Below are positions 35,431 to 47,889 of a stretch of 64,000 bases of DNA, one piece after another (within the stretch, counting starts at the first letter, position 1; the number at the start of each line of letters is the position of its first letter). The stretch spans positions 21,764,001 through 21,828,000 of the forward strand of contig CM052817.1 of the NCBI GenBank assembly GCA_028534125.1. Direction: 5' to 3'. Under the pieces are notes generated by a model. It made no database searches. It had not been told where the DNA came from and saw only the letters and a list, made by a program, of their open reading frames with translations. Source of the stretch: Lama glama (lineage: Eukaryota). A program made the position numbers and the translations under genes.

Positions 35431-36699
35431 TGTCAGTATTCTTCCCTCCTAATTACTGTGTTTTATTCTATCACTTCATTAAGAAAGATATCTAATAAGT
35501 TCATTTATATTAATATATAAATGTGGAAGCCTAATGTTTCCTCTATTACAGGTATTTGATTTGAGACATTATCAGAGCTATAATCCAGAGGAAACACAAA
35601 CAAGGATGATCTGATGCAGTTAATATAATTCTCTGATATTATAAAGATTATGAAAATGTTCCTGAGGTCAAACCATCAGGCAGGCATCTTCTCTGCCTCT
35701 GTGTAGGTTCAACCTAGAATGCAATTTGAATATGCAGATACAGTTATCCATACTTATTATATATTTCTGTCTTCATTCAAACTTAGTTAATTTGGTTTTC
35801 AGACTTAGTGGAACAAATAATATAACTTCCGTTTGTTCAGAAATGACAATATATATAAAACGAAAATGATAATATATAAACATCTCTTATATGTAGGCAC
35901 ATGTGTGGGAAAATAGCAACCAGACATTAGGACTTTTGAAAACCTGTATCCCCAAATCCAAATCTCACCTTCAGATTTAATTACTTGATTTCCCTAGGAT
36001 TGTTGTTAAAAAAACAGGAAATTTTGATAATCATTGTCATAACTGTAGTTTTTTTTTATGTGTGTATACTTGGCATACTTTGTTTTCGTAGTAAATTGGC
36101 AGACATTTAAGATTAACCTATCCTTTGCTGTATAAAGTACTCTGGAATTATTTGAGAAAGTGTTTAAATCTCTGTGGAGGATTTGAAAACATTGAGGAAT
36201 TGAGATGTATGCCTTAAAAAAAAGTAAATGAAAATCCTTGAATAGTTAGTGCTATGTTAAGGTGACCACACTAAAAGTGTTTCAGAAATTCAAAGAGGAA
36301 AAAAAAAAAACAGTGTAAATTAGTGTAATTGCATTATTGGCTTTCAAGGCTAGAATGTTTGTTGCTGTATTTAATTCACAATAGGCAATTGATCGTGTTT
36401 TTAAATGAATAAATGAATATATGAATGAATGATTGAATGGTAACACTCACAGGCACATACATGTACAGTAAAACATTCATGATGGGATGTTAATGATCCA
36501 TCTCATGTTAATGATTTGACTTTGACAAATGTATCAGCTAGGTTAATGTAAAGAAAGCAGAAAATAATTACACATAGAAGGGGAATGATGAGCAAAACCA
36601 CAGAAACCACAATTACAATGAACTAAATGAACTATAGGGTTAAGTAAAAAGCATCCATGACAAAGCTATTGAGAGATAGAGTGAATGGGTGAAATAAAG

Positions 36700-39600
36700 C
36701 ATCTTTTAAAACTTATGCATATATATATTTTTAAAAGTCAGTATTTCCATAAAAATCTTTATAAAAACTACTGATATCCTTCCATCTACCTTCCCTGCTC
36801 AAAACCTTTTTTTCATTTCTCATTGGTAACACCACTTTCAAATTGTGACATAATTTATAGGTAATCAATCACCTCCATGTTTATAAATAGAAGCTATTAC
36901 TATTTTTAATATTTTAGAATAGATATTATCAAATGATGTCTCAAAATAAATGATTAATACTTCGATTACTTACTGTCTTACCTCCTTTTCTCTTTTTCTT
37001 TTTCTTACACTCACACATGCATACTCAAATTCATGCACTTCTTCCAACTACCCAGTATAATTATATTTTAAATTTTAGGTTGTTCAATACTTACTGTTTA
37101 TGTTACCAGAATTATGTAAATACTATTATTAAGAGTTGAGTCATATAGAATACTACAATTATATATCTTTTCTTAATATAAATATTTGTTTTCTCTGAAG
37201 TTGATAGTTGTCTCGTATTACCATTGGTTTAATTTCTATAAATTTATCAGCATCTTACATTAAGACTTTTTGCTAGTAGTTAAAATCTTCTCAGTATGTC
37301 TTAACAGACCAAGCAGACTATCAGTGTTCTCCTCTCATTAAAGACTTAAAGCTCTCTCTTCTGCTTACTGCTTCTCTCTGAAAAGGCAGCTTCAGACTTG
37401 ATATGTCATCATTTTCTGGGAATCTGTTTTCTCGTTTGTCATGGGGATTCCCATGGTTTCTCTCCTTTTCCTAGATTTTAGTATTTAGACATCTTGGCTT
37501 ACTAATTTGTTTTGATGGGAAAAAAAAATACTTCAATAGTTCCTTGAAGAAAACCACATAGAAAAATTAATATTTTGCATGTGTTTAAATGATTAATTTA
37601 TCCTTGTCTTGGTTTTGTATAAAATTCTTGATTGGACTTTATTTTTCTCAGAATTTCAAAGTCATTGTACTGTTTCTTCTAGGTTTCATTGTAGCAATTT
37701 GACAAATCCAATGCCATTTTGTGTCTATATGCCTTTTTTCTTAAATTCCTGGATGCTTTTAGCATGGATTTGTCTTGAATTTTATGGCTACGTAAAATGA
37801 CTTTCTGAATTTTTGCCCTTCCATTGTGGTAAGTACACTGTCCATCAGTTCTTGAAAATGTGTGTTTGTGTGTGTGTTTAATATACTTCCTGTCTGTTTT
37901 GTTTAGGGGCTAGTTATGCTCAGAGATTGAGATTGTCTTGCCAATTGTTTCTTTAACATAGTCATGTTTGCTGTGGTATTTATCAGAATTTCACAGGCTA
38001 ATAGCATATAGGATAATGTCCTTAATAAGATGATCAAGAAATAACATAATCCAAGTAAATGATAAATTAATTACACTATTGTTCCAGGCAGTGGGAGGTG
38101 GTAGAAATAAAGTCCATGTTTAGTTGAGCTCTATGTTTTATACAAGTTTGGTTTCTCCAGAGAGCCAGCTTACACGGAACCGACTTTCAGCTGCCAGTGC
38201 AAAAATCCAAGCTGCTTGTTGCTAAAGCTCATTGCTAGGGAATGAAAGCACAAGGTTGGCGAGCAGTCTAGCCTACACCCAGGGTTATTATCCCTCCAGA
38301 GACCTGTTTGCACCATTGCCGAGGAGGGACTTACTCAGGTAGGAACGGATGTCTCTTCTCTTCCTGAGACTGTTGCACAGTTCAATACCACTGCCAACTA
38401 AGAGTAGCCTGGCCATGGCAGGAGCAAGTGTCTCAGGATCTTCAGAGAGCTAGGTCAGTAAAGGGTAGCTTTTCCCTGAACGAAACTCAAAATAGCCCTC
38501 ACAAACTCTCAGTATTTATAGTCTGCATGTCCCCGCATCATAGTTGCTTCCATGTCTCTTTTTATTAATAAGCCCCCAGCACAGCCCCTTAGCAGCTGAA
38601 CTGCTAAATGCTTATCAGAGACAACAGATGAGATGATGACATTCTAACCCAACTTACTTCATTCTTATTTCAAAGCAACTTTACTTCTGAACATAAGATT
38701 TTGTGTTTTTTTTGTCATAAACAAGTGGACTAAAACAATTTTACTTAACAAGTAGATTGAAATTATATGAAACCAATATTCAACACTGTCATTTTCAATG
38801 TCATCATTTTTTAGAATTCTGAGTATTTGCATCTGTAATGCCTATACTGAGTCTATAGTTTTTTTTAATCATTTCTTTGCCATTTCATCTGTCTCATTTT
38901 TAATGTTTTACTCTTTTAGTGGTACCGCATCCTTATCTTGTAATAAATAGTAAGACTTCTTTTGGTTGTACGAATGATCATTTTTATAGTCTTCTCTTAT
39001 GCCATGATTGCAGTACCTTTTCCGCTATCTCATTTACCTTATTTACTCTTTTTGTTTTAGATTTTTTTATCATTCTTTTTACTCTCTTTTTTCAAAGTTC
39101 CTAATTTTTCTTTGTTTATAATGATCTTCATCTTATATGTTAGACCCTTAGATACCCATGAATCATATAAAATTTTTGCCTTTACTACTATATAGATGTT
39201 TTCTCCATTAATGAATCTTTTAATCCCATATCTAGGGTCATAAACCTGGCTGCTATCTTTATGTAAGTTGTTGCAGTTAACTTGATTTTAACCTGTATTT
39301 TCTCTATGACCCTTGATCTCACTTGTAACTGAAGACTCCAGTACAAAGTTTAGTTGAAATTCCAGTTGAACTTTCCAGAGAGTAAAACTTCAGTTTTAGG
39401 TCTGGGTGGATGGGGGAATATGTGATTTCAATCACTTCAGTTTTCAGTCTTTATTCTTTGTTTTAGCCACACATGTATCCACCCTTGTCATTACTTTTTT
39501 AGCTTTACTGTCTTTTTCAGTGCTAGATGTGAACAGTTTTCTCTTATTGCTAGCTTAAAGTTGGTCTTTTAGGTTTTAGTTTTCCCTGTTCTGCTAAGCC

Positions 39601-39720
39601 ACTTTAAACTTATCTGCTTTTCATATTTTTAAATGATTTAAAGTGTCTTTTCCTGTTCTTTGCTCATGAAGCATTTATTAGTTTACAACAATTTTAGTTG
39701 GACATCAAAGTAAATTGATA
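36700..39720 (-). mobile_element. Highly degraded old L1ME/HAL1-type sequence, discontinuous and flanking the 38140-38620 island
   Basis: T-rich antisense L1-like tracts such as 'tataaaattcttgattggactttatttttctcagaattt...gtttcattgtagc...aaatccaatgccattt'. Confidence 0.4.
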
Positions 39721-39833
39721 TGTTTGATTAACCACAATTAGTTGATACTGAAGCACTATTTAGAAAAAGTGTAAACTACCATCAACCAAGCTAAACATAA
39801 TCTTTCCTTTTGTGTTAATATGTATGAATTTCC

Positions 39834-40225
39834 TGTAGTAGGTTGAATAATTGCCACTGCAAGATATCAGGACCTAATCTGTGGAACCAGTAAATGTTAT
39901 CATATTATGAAGAAGGATTTTTTTCAATTTATTAAATTAAGTATCTTGAAATTGGGAGATTATCCTGGATTGTTTCGGGTGTCTCCTAAATGCAGCACAG
40001 TGACCTTATAAGAGAGAGGCAAAGGGAAGTATGATACAGATGAAGGAGAAGTTACACACACACAGAAAAAAGTAATGTGAAATCAGAAGCTGAAAGAAAC
40101 AAAGAATGGAATCTGTGAAAGCCCCCAGAGGTGCTGTGACCAAACAAACACTTTGATTCGCACAGTGAAACTGATTTTGGACTTCTGGCCTCAAGAATTG
40201 TGAGACAATTCATTTCTGTTGTTTA
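39834..40225 (+). mobile_element. MaLR LTR, MLT1C-type
   Basis: TGTAGTAGGTTGAATAAT...'gggagattatcctggatt'...'ctgattttggacttctggcctcaagaattgtgagacaa'. Confidence 0.85.
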
Positions 40226-40594
40226 GCACAAATGTATCTATACTGTCCCATGTATCTAGACTTTAGATTTGTCCCTCTTCAAAACTATGGTTCAACTGAT
40301 TAAAAAAAATTAGATATAACTTAACAATGGTAAAACAAAACCACATTTCTGTGTGACAAGACCATATACCATAACCATCCTAAATGAATAGGTTTAATGC
40401 AATGAAAATCAAAATCCCATCAAGAATTTACAAAGGATTTTATTATTTATTTGAGAGTGAAAATGGGAAGACTAACTCAAAACAACTTGAATAAATTAGG
40501 ACATAAAATTGCTGTATGGGTAGAGATTATGTCTTACCATAATATATTCCATGTAACATTCTATTAATAGTTTAGAGTGAATGAAAATGAGAAA

Positions 40595-41338
40595 TGAGAT
40601 AGGCAGAATTCTAGGATGATACCCAAGATTTCTAGACCTAAATATACACATTCCTGTATAATTCCTTCCCCTTAGTGTAGCGGGGGCTTGTGAATGTGAT
40701 ATGATTTCACTCCTATAATTATCAATTATATTTATCAGTTATGTGATAACATTTACTGGTTTCACAGATTAGGACCTGACATCTTGTGGTGGCTATTATT
40801 CAGCCTACCACAGGAAATCCACACATACTTAACCATAATTAATTGATACTGAAGCATTACTTAGAAAAATTGTATGCTATTGTCAACCAAGCTAAACTTA
40901 ATCTTTCCCTCTGTGTTAGTATATATGCCTTTAAAAGAGGGATTGGGTCCTTCATGAAGAGAGAATTTTGAAGTCAGAGATTCTGCTGATTCTGAAACAA
41001 AAAAACAAACAAACAAAAACACGACAACAAATGTCATCTGTATGGGCTGTGTGGTTTGGACTTGAGGGCACTCTCTAGGACCTGAGAGCCACCTGACCTA
41101 CAGCAATCAAGAAAATGAGAACAGAGTCCTATAACTATGACGAACTGAATTCTTACCAACAATAAGTCAAGGTTCTAGTTGAGAATGTGGCCTAGCCAAA
41201 GCCTTGATTACAGCCTTGTGGAGAACTCAGCAGAGGACTCAGGCCATACCCAAGCATATGTCCCACAGTACTGTGAGATAATAAATTAAACTGCTATGTT
41301 TGTAGTTATTTGGAACATAGGAATAGAAAACTAATCTA
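40595..41338 (+). mobile_element. MaLR LTR, MLT1E-type, interrupted at 40741-40927 by a templated duplication
   Basis: 'taggcagaattctaggatga', 'ctctaggacctgagagc', 'gaactgaattct', 'gccttgattacagccttgtg', 'aatagaaaactaat'. Confidence 0.8.
40741..40927. repeat. Local duplication of 39728-39905: inverted part then direct part
   Basis: 40741-40833 approximates the reverse complement of 39814-39905; 40829-40927 approximates 39728-39826. Confidence 0.9.
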
Positions 41339-43089
41339 AGAAGGAACTTGCTCAAATTGGTATTAAACATGTCATAAATGTTCAATAATTAGAAGGTTTT
41401 TCTTACATAAGATTTAATTGGAAGATCAATGGCTCTAATTAGAAATAGACATAATTTTATATATCTAAATTTTATTTGTAAGAAATGTACATTATTAGCT
41501 AGATTAGAAAGAACATTTATTCGGTAAATGGCCTTAACATCTAATTATTACATCTAATTAGAACATCTAATTATTTTTGATATTAAAAAATAGCTAATCA
41601 CATGGTATGTTTTAAAATATATTACAGATTGATTAATACTTTAAATGAAAGAGATAAACTGACAAAAGTAGTGGAAAATAAGGTTGAATATTTTTTCTGA
41701 ACTAAAGAAAGGGAAACATTTCCCATATGTTAATAGCAAATGGAGAACTCCCAAGGACAATACATGCAATGATGACCCTATCTGTTTTAACAAGGTAGAC
41801 TACAATAAATAAATCCGTTTGACAAACTGACATATTTAAATTACTTTCACTCAAAGATCAAAAACTTAGAGAGATCCATGAAAATATATTTAAAACATGT
41901 ATTGAAAACAATACAAATTGTGCATGCCTAGTAAAAACATGGCCAGTAGCCTTGTTCCACATGCATCATAACCTGCCCTGGACTATTGCCCTATCTATGT
42001 AAACTGCTACATTATATCATCATTAGTGTATGTATAATGGTGTCCCACTCCAAAGCCATTGAATAGTGAAACAGGCTGATACCTAAGTCAGTGGTTTGCC
42101 AATTTATGGCCTGGCTCAGACAGAGAAGTTGTAACAGTTAAATCCTTTTCAAAAATTTGACGCAAGAGCCACAGAGACTATTGTCCCTTTTATGAGCACT
42201 GAACTAAGGGATCTAGGTCTGCCTTTTCATGGCCTTGTGTGCCTAATGAGTAAAGTGAGAGACAGACAGAGAGAAAGGAAGGAAAAGAAAGTAACGAAGA
42301 AAGAAAAGATAAAGAACAAAAGCGAACAGAACAGAAAAGGCAAAGACGATGAGAGAATAGTTCCAAGGAAAGGAAAAGGGAAGAAGAGAATATTTAGAAA
42401 AGATTAAACACGCAGGGTCTGAGTATCGCAAAGCACAACACCCATGAGGACGTACAGAGAAGAGAGGAAGGCATCCCAAGCTATGGAGATTGGTGTGTAC
42501 AGATCATATTTGGAAAATAAGAGGAGCATGTGAAAACCACAGAGGAACCGTAGATCATGAGAAAGCAAAAGAGCTGAGAAAAGTCTTACCTAAATAATCT
42601 GGTATTAGAAAGTTGTATTTAATAATTACTTTCTGGGCAACAAAATATTGAACAATGTAGGAGAAATGATGCGTACCTCTAGTTGATGACCTGTGTGTAT
42701 AAGCCTGCTACAGAAACTACTCAAGAAGTAATATAAAACTTACTTACCTTTCCTACTCTCTTGTGCATCAAGGAAAGACAAAGATAAATTACAATAGACA
42801 ATTTTCTCTCATCTGTTAAGTTTTCCATCAAATTCCTGGAATTTCTTTAGGTCATTTTGGAACATGCTAATAATCTATGTATTTAACTTTTACTTTGTTA
42901 GTTTTATTATGAAGATCTATTTTAACACTAATTCACAGAACTTGATACATTGTTCAGTTTCTATATTTTAATCTGATGCTTTGGGGATACGATTCTGGTA
43001 GTAGGTATGTTAGAGATATTGATTATAATTTTAAAGATGTGTTTTTAATGCACGTATGATATCCTTGCTTGTAAATTTCTTGACCTTTA

Positions 43090-43340
43090 CCTGCCTTCCA
43101 TCATTTTCTAAGGAACCCTAGTTCCTTTTAGTGAGATAGGCTTTTGAAGATCCCAATCTGGTTCAGTAGGGTTACTCATTGTTACTGGGTTGTTTTTACT
43201 TTTAGGACCTTGTAGTGTGCAGAGCTTGAAAAAGTATTTTTTTGAAAGAAAGGAAAATTGAATCCTGAGTTTACACTGTTTATACTTCAAATATAAAGTT
43301 GTAGGATTTTTCTTCTACATTTTATGTTTCATTTCTCTAC
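43090..43340 (-). mobile_element. L1MC-type 3' fragment
   Basis: 'aggaaccctagttccttttagtgaga...aatctgg...ctcattgttactggg...taggacct'. Confidence 0.65.
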
Positions 43341-43682
43341 TACCTACTATTGTTTCAGCCACACTTATTCTGTTAATAATATTATACTAATGTACTTTCA
43401 TTAGATCCCAAGAAATTCAGTTTATTTTCCATAGAAATAAAACTCTGTCATTTTATGTAAATAATGTACACATTTTCTTTAAAAATAATTAAGTTTTATA
43501 ATCATATTGCTTTTATAATAATTTGCATGCTGTTATATATAGTAAATATGTTATATATAATAAAGGGAACACACACAGAACTGGCACAAAGAGATTTATG
43601 AACAACATAATTAACTCTTTGTAAGCACTGGACTTTATTTATGGTAAATACAAGGTACTATTGAAAACTACCTAAATAGCTT

Positions 43683-44013
43683 TGTAAAAAATTAGTAAAG
43701 GAAAACCTCAATAAATAGAGTCATGATCAGAAGGAGGAACTTTCATGCTCTGAGGCAATAGCAGAGCCTAACAAGAAAAAGTAAAACTCCTCCTCTTCCT
43801 TGCAAGAACTCAGCCAATGAAAGCCATGGACTCTGTTTATTACTCCCAACTTCTTTTACTCTCTATAGAAGCATTCTCTCCCTCTGCTGTGTAGGGACTT
43901 GCATGTGGCTCACCATGGTTACAGACCCGTAACTGCAGTTCTTTACTGATCCTGATTAAACCCATCTTTGCTGGAGAAATATCTGGCAGTCTGTTATTTG
44001 TCTCAGGGCAACA
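43683..44013 (+). mobile_element. Short ERV1-type solo LTR
   Basis: TGTA...CAACA; TSD GCTT (43679-43682, 44014-44017); CCAAT, TATA-like and ATTAAA motifs in the expected order. Confidence 0.85.
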
Positions 44014-46959
44014 GCTTCAGGCATGTTACAAAGTAAAAGTAAAAAAATAAAATAAAATAAAAAATAAGGTGATGTGGGTAAGTGGAATTTTTGAAGATAG
44101 CTTCCACTGTTTAATTAGGGAGAATTTCCATCTTCACCTGTGTCACATTTGTTTAAGCTTCCTTTTTGATTCGTATTAGAGTTAAGTAATAATACTCACA
44201 CAGTCCTGTATATTTGGAGTTGTTTCTTCCCAGTGTTTTTAAAGTTTATTTGTAAATGTAAATGGTATCTATGTTTCCATTACACTTTGTTATCTAGGCA
44301 AAATCTGCTTTTATTAAAGTTGATGCATCTGTTTTGAGATTCTTTCTCCTTTCCAGTCCATATTCTATACTCCTGTCAAATCAGTCTTTTAGAATATAAT
44401 TTATTCATTTCATTTATAAAAACTATTAAAGTTACGAGATAAAAATAATCTGAACTCATGGAAGACATCTCTATTGATAGTTAATTTCCCTTATTTTCTT
44501 ATTATAAATTAATATTAAATAATCCATAAATTAAGTGCTTAATTTGCTACATTTACCAGCAGAGATTTAATCCCTAATTAATTGATTTGTTTCATTTCTT
44601 TTGAAATATTTATCATAATAACACTTAATGGCTTATAGTCTTGGTGTAGTAATGGTGGAGGAGCTGATAAATTTTAGGTTTAAAATTTAGTGGTGATCTG
44701 ATCCATCCGGGTGAAAATGAACAAGTGATGATGTCATAGTGGCTAAATCCACTTGATTTGTAGAGTGTAATATGAATAATTACATAAAAAAATTTAGTGC
44801 AACTTAGAGCAATGATTTATAAATTCCGAATTTTTCATTGCTTTTGTTATAAGCCCTTTTGTCTGTTGCTGTCTTTGGTCAGATAACTCCTTTCAACCTT
44901 TAATTACAATCACATTGAGAGGGAGACAAATGAACAAATAAATGGGTAGAAAGGTTGCAACTATTTATTTGAAATTTATTTATTTGAAATTATAGTGTAT
45001 AAACTTCACAAGACAGTTTCACTCCCAGATAGTTGCCTCTTCCTAGCTAAACACTTACCAGGTAGCCTAACATTCTGAAAGACTAGGGAGTGAAGATTCT
45101 GCATGAAACTGGCTGCATATTTTTTGTGACCCTTGAATCAGTTTTCCTGTCTCAGATTATACTTCATATAATACAGAGCCTCTTATTTGTCCCCTTTGCT
45201 GCATTATAGAAACAATATTGTCCAGATGTAACCCAAAATAATGATTGTTTCTTTTTCTCTTTTTTTTTTTTTGTTCTGAGAAATGTTCTTTTATTTTTTC
45301 AAGATAAGCTACTCTCATGGCCGTTGGCAGTCAGTGTAAAAGTAGTAAAATCCCATCAAATGTCAGCACTCAATTAACAGTGAAGTTTCAGCAAACTCTA
45401 TTTGTGTCCACATTCTATTTTATATACAGGCTTAAAGTTGTGATTCATTTTTTAGCACCGCATATACAATTGAAACCCTGTAAAAGGCAAGAATAAAAGG
45501 CAGAAATGATCAGTTTGAATGTAAAAATAAATATTTTTACCTATAGGAAGCCATCCTATTTCTTGCTTGAGGGAATTGAATACCCTGTAACATAATGTAA
45601 TCTTTAAAAGCATAATGGCACAGAGACAACTCTGAATATAGTGCGCAAATTCTGACATTGACAAATTGTCCAAGAGTCAATGGAATATAAATGGGACTGA
45701 CAAACTTTCCTATTCCGTTGACGTTTAGGTACTTTAAAAATCAAACTGCTCAAATCATTTTAATGCTAGTACTCATGCAAGATTTTTAAAGCCTGTTTTT
45801 AAAAAAGTCTGAAAACACAATATTCCATTGTGTTATTATATAAAGTTAGCAAGAAAGAATCTAATATAAATCCAAATTTATAAAAAATCACTATTCTAAA
45901 AGAACAGAAATGTTGATGTAGTAAAAAAAAAATAACAGCTACCTCTCCTCTGGCACTAAGAAAAACTTAGCTATCCATTAAGAACTTCCTCACATTTCTG
46001 CAACAACACCTACAAATCTTTCTGTAAACATTGTTAACTTTTTATTCTATCTGTTCCTCTCTGTCCCTTCCAGAGAACTCTGTCCCTCTGCCCAGATTCT
46101 GTCTGCCTTCTCTAGCACCTTGCATTGTTTAATTATCATATGTTGTTCTTCCTCCCTCTCTATTGAGTCCTTTTCATGAAAAAATTAAACTTTCTTTTTT
46201 TTATTCTCTCCAATGCCTCAATCTCAAAATAAAAATTTGTTTTCCTCACTCCACATTTTTTCTCCATTTTGTTTACTTTATTATAACCTCCACATTTTTC
46301 TCCATACTGCACTTCTAACACAGGAGCTGTCAGGGTTTTATTTATTTGCAAAATATTCTTTTAGAATATTGAAATGTCTAAGGATTCTACTGAAGGCTAT
46401 GAGTATTCACAAGACTATGAAATGCTTAGAAAAGAAACTTATGTATTAAATTATTAATAGGTACATATCACACCTTAATAGAATATAATGTGTAATTTTA
46501 AAATCCTTCCCAAATAGAAAAACCTTGAGAGTGTGTGTGTATAGCAATAAAAGTAGGTACTTGCTACATACAACTATTTTTAGTGAAAGAAGAAATTTTA
46601 GGTTTGGATAAATAGAAAAGGAAGGGAAAGCTAAAAATTATGAAGATGTCAATTCTCCACAATTAAATTTATAGTTTTGATACACACAAGATTAATATTC
46701 CAACAAATCTGTTCTTGAATTTGTCAAAAACTTTCAAATGTTTATCTTTAAGAAGAAAATAACTGAGAGCATAAAGGGAAGTTCAGGAATGTTCAGGAGG
46801 AAAAGAGCCCTATGTCATACTATAAATTTGAAATTACATTTTAAAGTTAAAAGAATAATAAGCAGTGTGATAATCAGAAAGGATAATGATTGTTGATTAA
46901 TAATTAAAGGATAATTATTATTGACTAATACATTAAAATTGAAAAACAAAAATGCTTTA

Positions 46960-47889
46960 AGACCTAAACAAGCAATTCTCCAAGGAAGAAATACAAATGA
47001 TCAATAGGCACATGAAAAAATGCTCCGTATCACTAATTATCAGAGAAATGCAATTCAAAACTACAATAAGGTGTCACCTCACACCAGTCATAATGGCCAT
47101 CATTCAAAAGTCCACAAATGACAAATGCTGGAGAGGCTGTGGAGAAAAGGGATTCCTCCTACACTGCTGGTGGAAATGCAGTTTGGTACAGCCACTGTGG
47201 AAAACAGCATGGAGATTCCTCAAAAGACTAGGAATAGACTTAATCTTATGACCCAGGAATCCCGCTCCTGGGCTTATATCCAGAAGGAACCCTACTTCAG
47301 AAAGACACCTGCACCCCAATGTTCATAGCAGCACTATTTACAATAGCCAAAACATGGAAACAGCCTAAATGTCCATCAACAGGTGACTGGATAAAGAAGA
47401 TGTGATATAATTATACAATGGAATTCTATTCAGCCATAAAAACCGACAACATAATGCCATTTGCAGCAACATGGACGCTCCTGGAGAATGTCATTCTAAG
47501 TGAAGTAAGCCAGAAAGAGAAAGAAAAATACCATATGAGATTTGCTCATATGTGGAATCTAAAAAAAACAAAAAACAAAAACCATAAATACAAAACAGAA
47601 ACAGACTTATAGACATAGAATACAAACTTGTGTTTGCCAAGGGGGTGGGGGTGGGAAGGGATAAACTGTGAGTTCAAAATTTGTAGATATTGACAGGCAT
47701 ATGTATAATAGGTAAACAAGATTATACTGTATAGCACAGGGAAGTATATACAAGATCTTGTGGTGGCTCACAGCAAAAAAAAATGTGACAATGAATATAT
47801 GTATGTTCATATATAACTGAAAACTTGTGCTCTACAGTGGAATTTGACACACCATTGTAAAATGACTATAACTCAATAAAAAATGTTTA
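46960..47889 (+). mobile_element. 5'-truncated young LINE-1 (ORF2 C-terminus plus 3'UTR)
   Basis: Perfect 12-bp TSD AAAAATGCTTTA (46948-46959, 47890-47901); translation '[15 protein letters not shown]' matches the ORF2 Cys-rich domain. Confidence 0.95.

Noticed and set aside
41536..41573. Short direct repeats (acatctaatta x3; also aacaatggcaagaa x2 at ~54626-54657) as an array system
   Set aside because: Only two or three units with no unique spacers; ordinary slippage duplications, nothing CRISPR-like.
42749..42760. 12-nt minus-strand microexon before a strong AAG|GTAAGT donor
   Set aside because: Weak AAG acceptor and no linked exons; isolated consensus donors are expected by chance in 64 kb.
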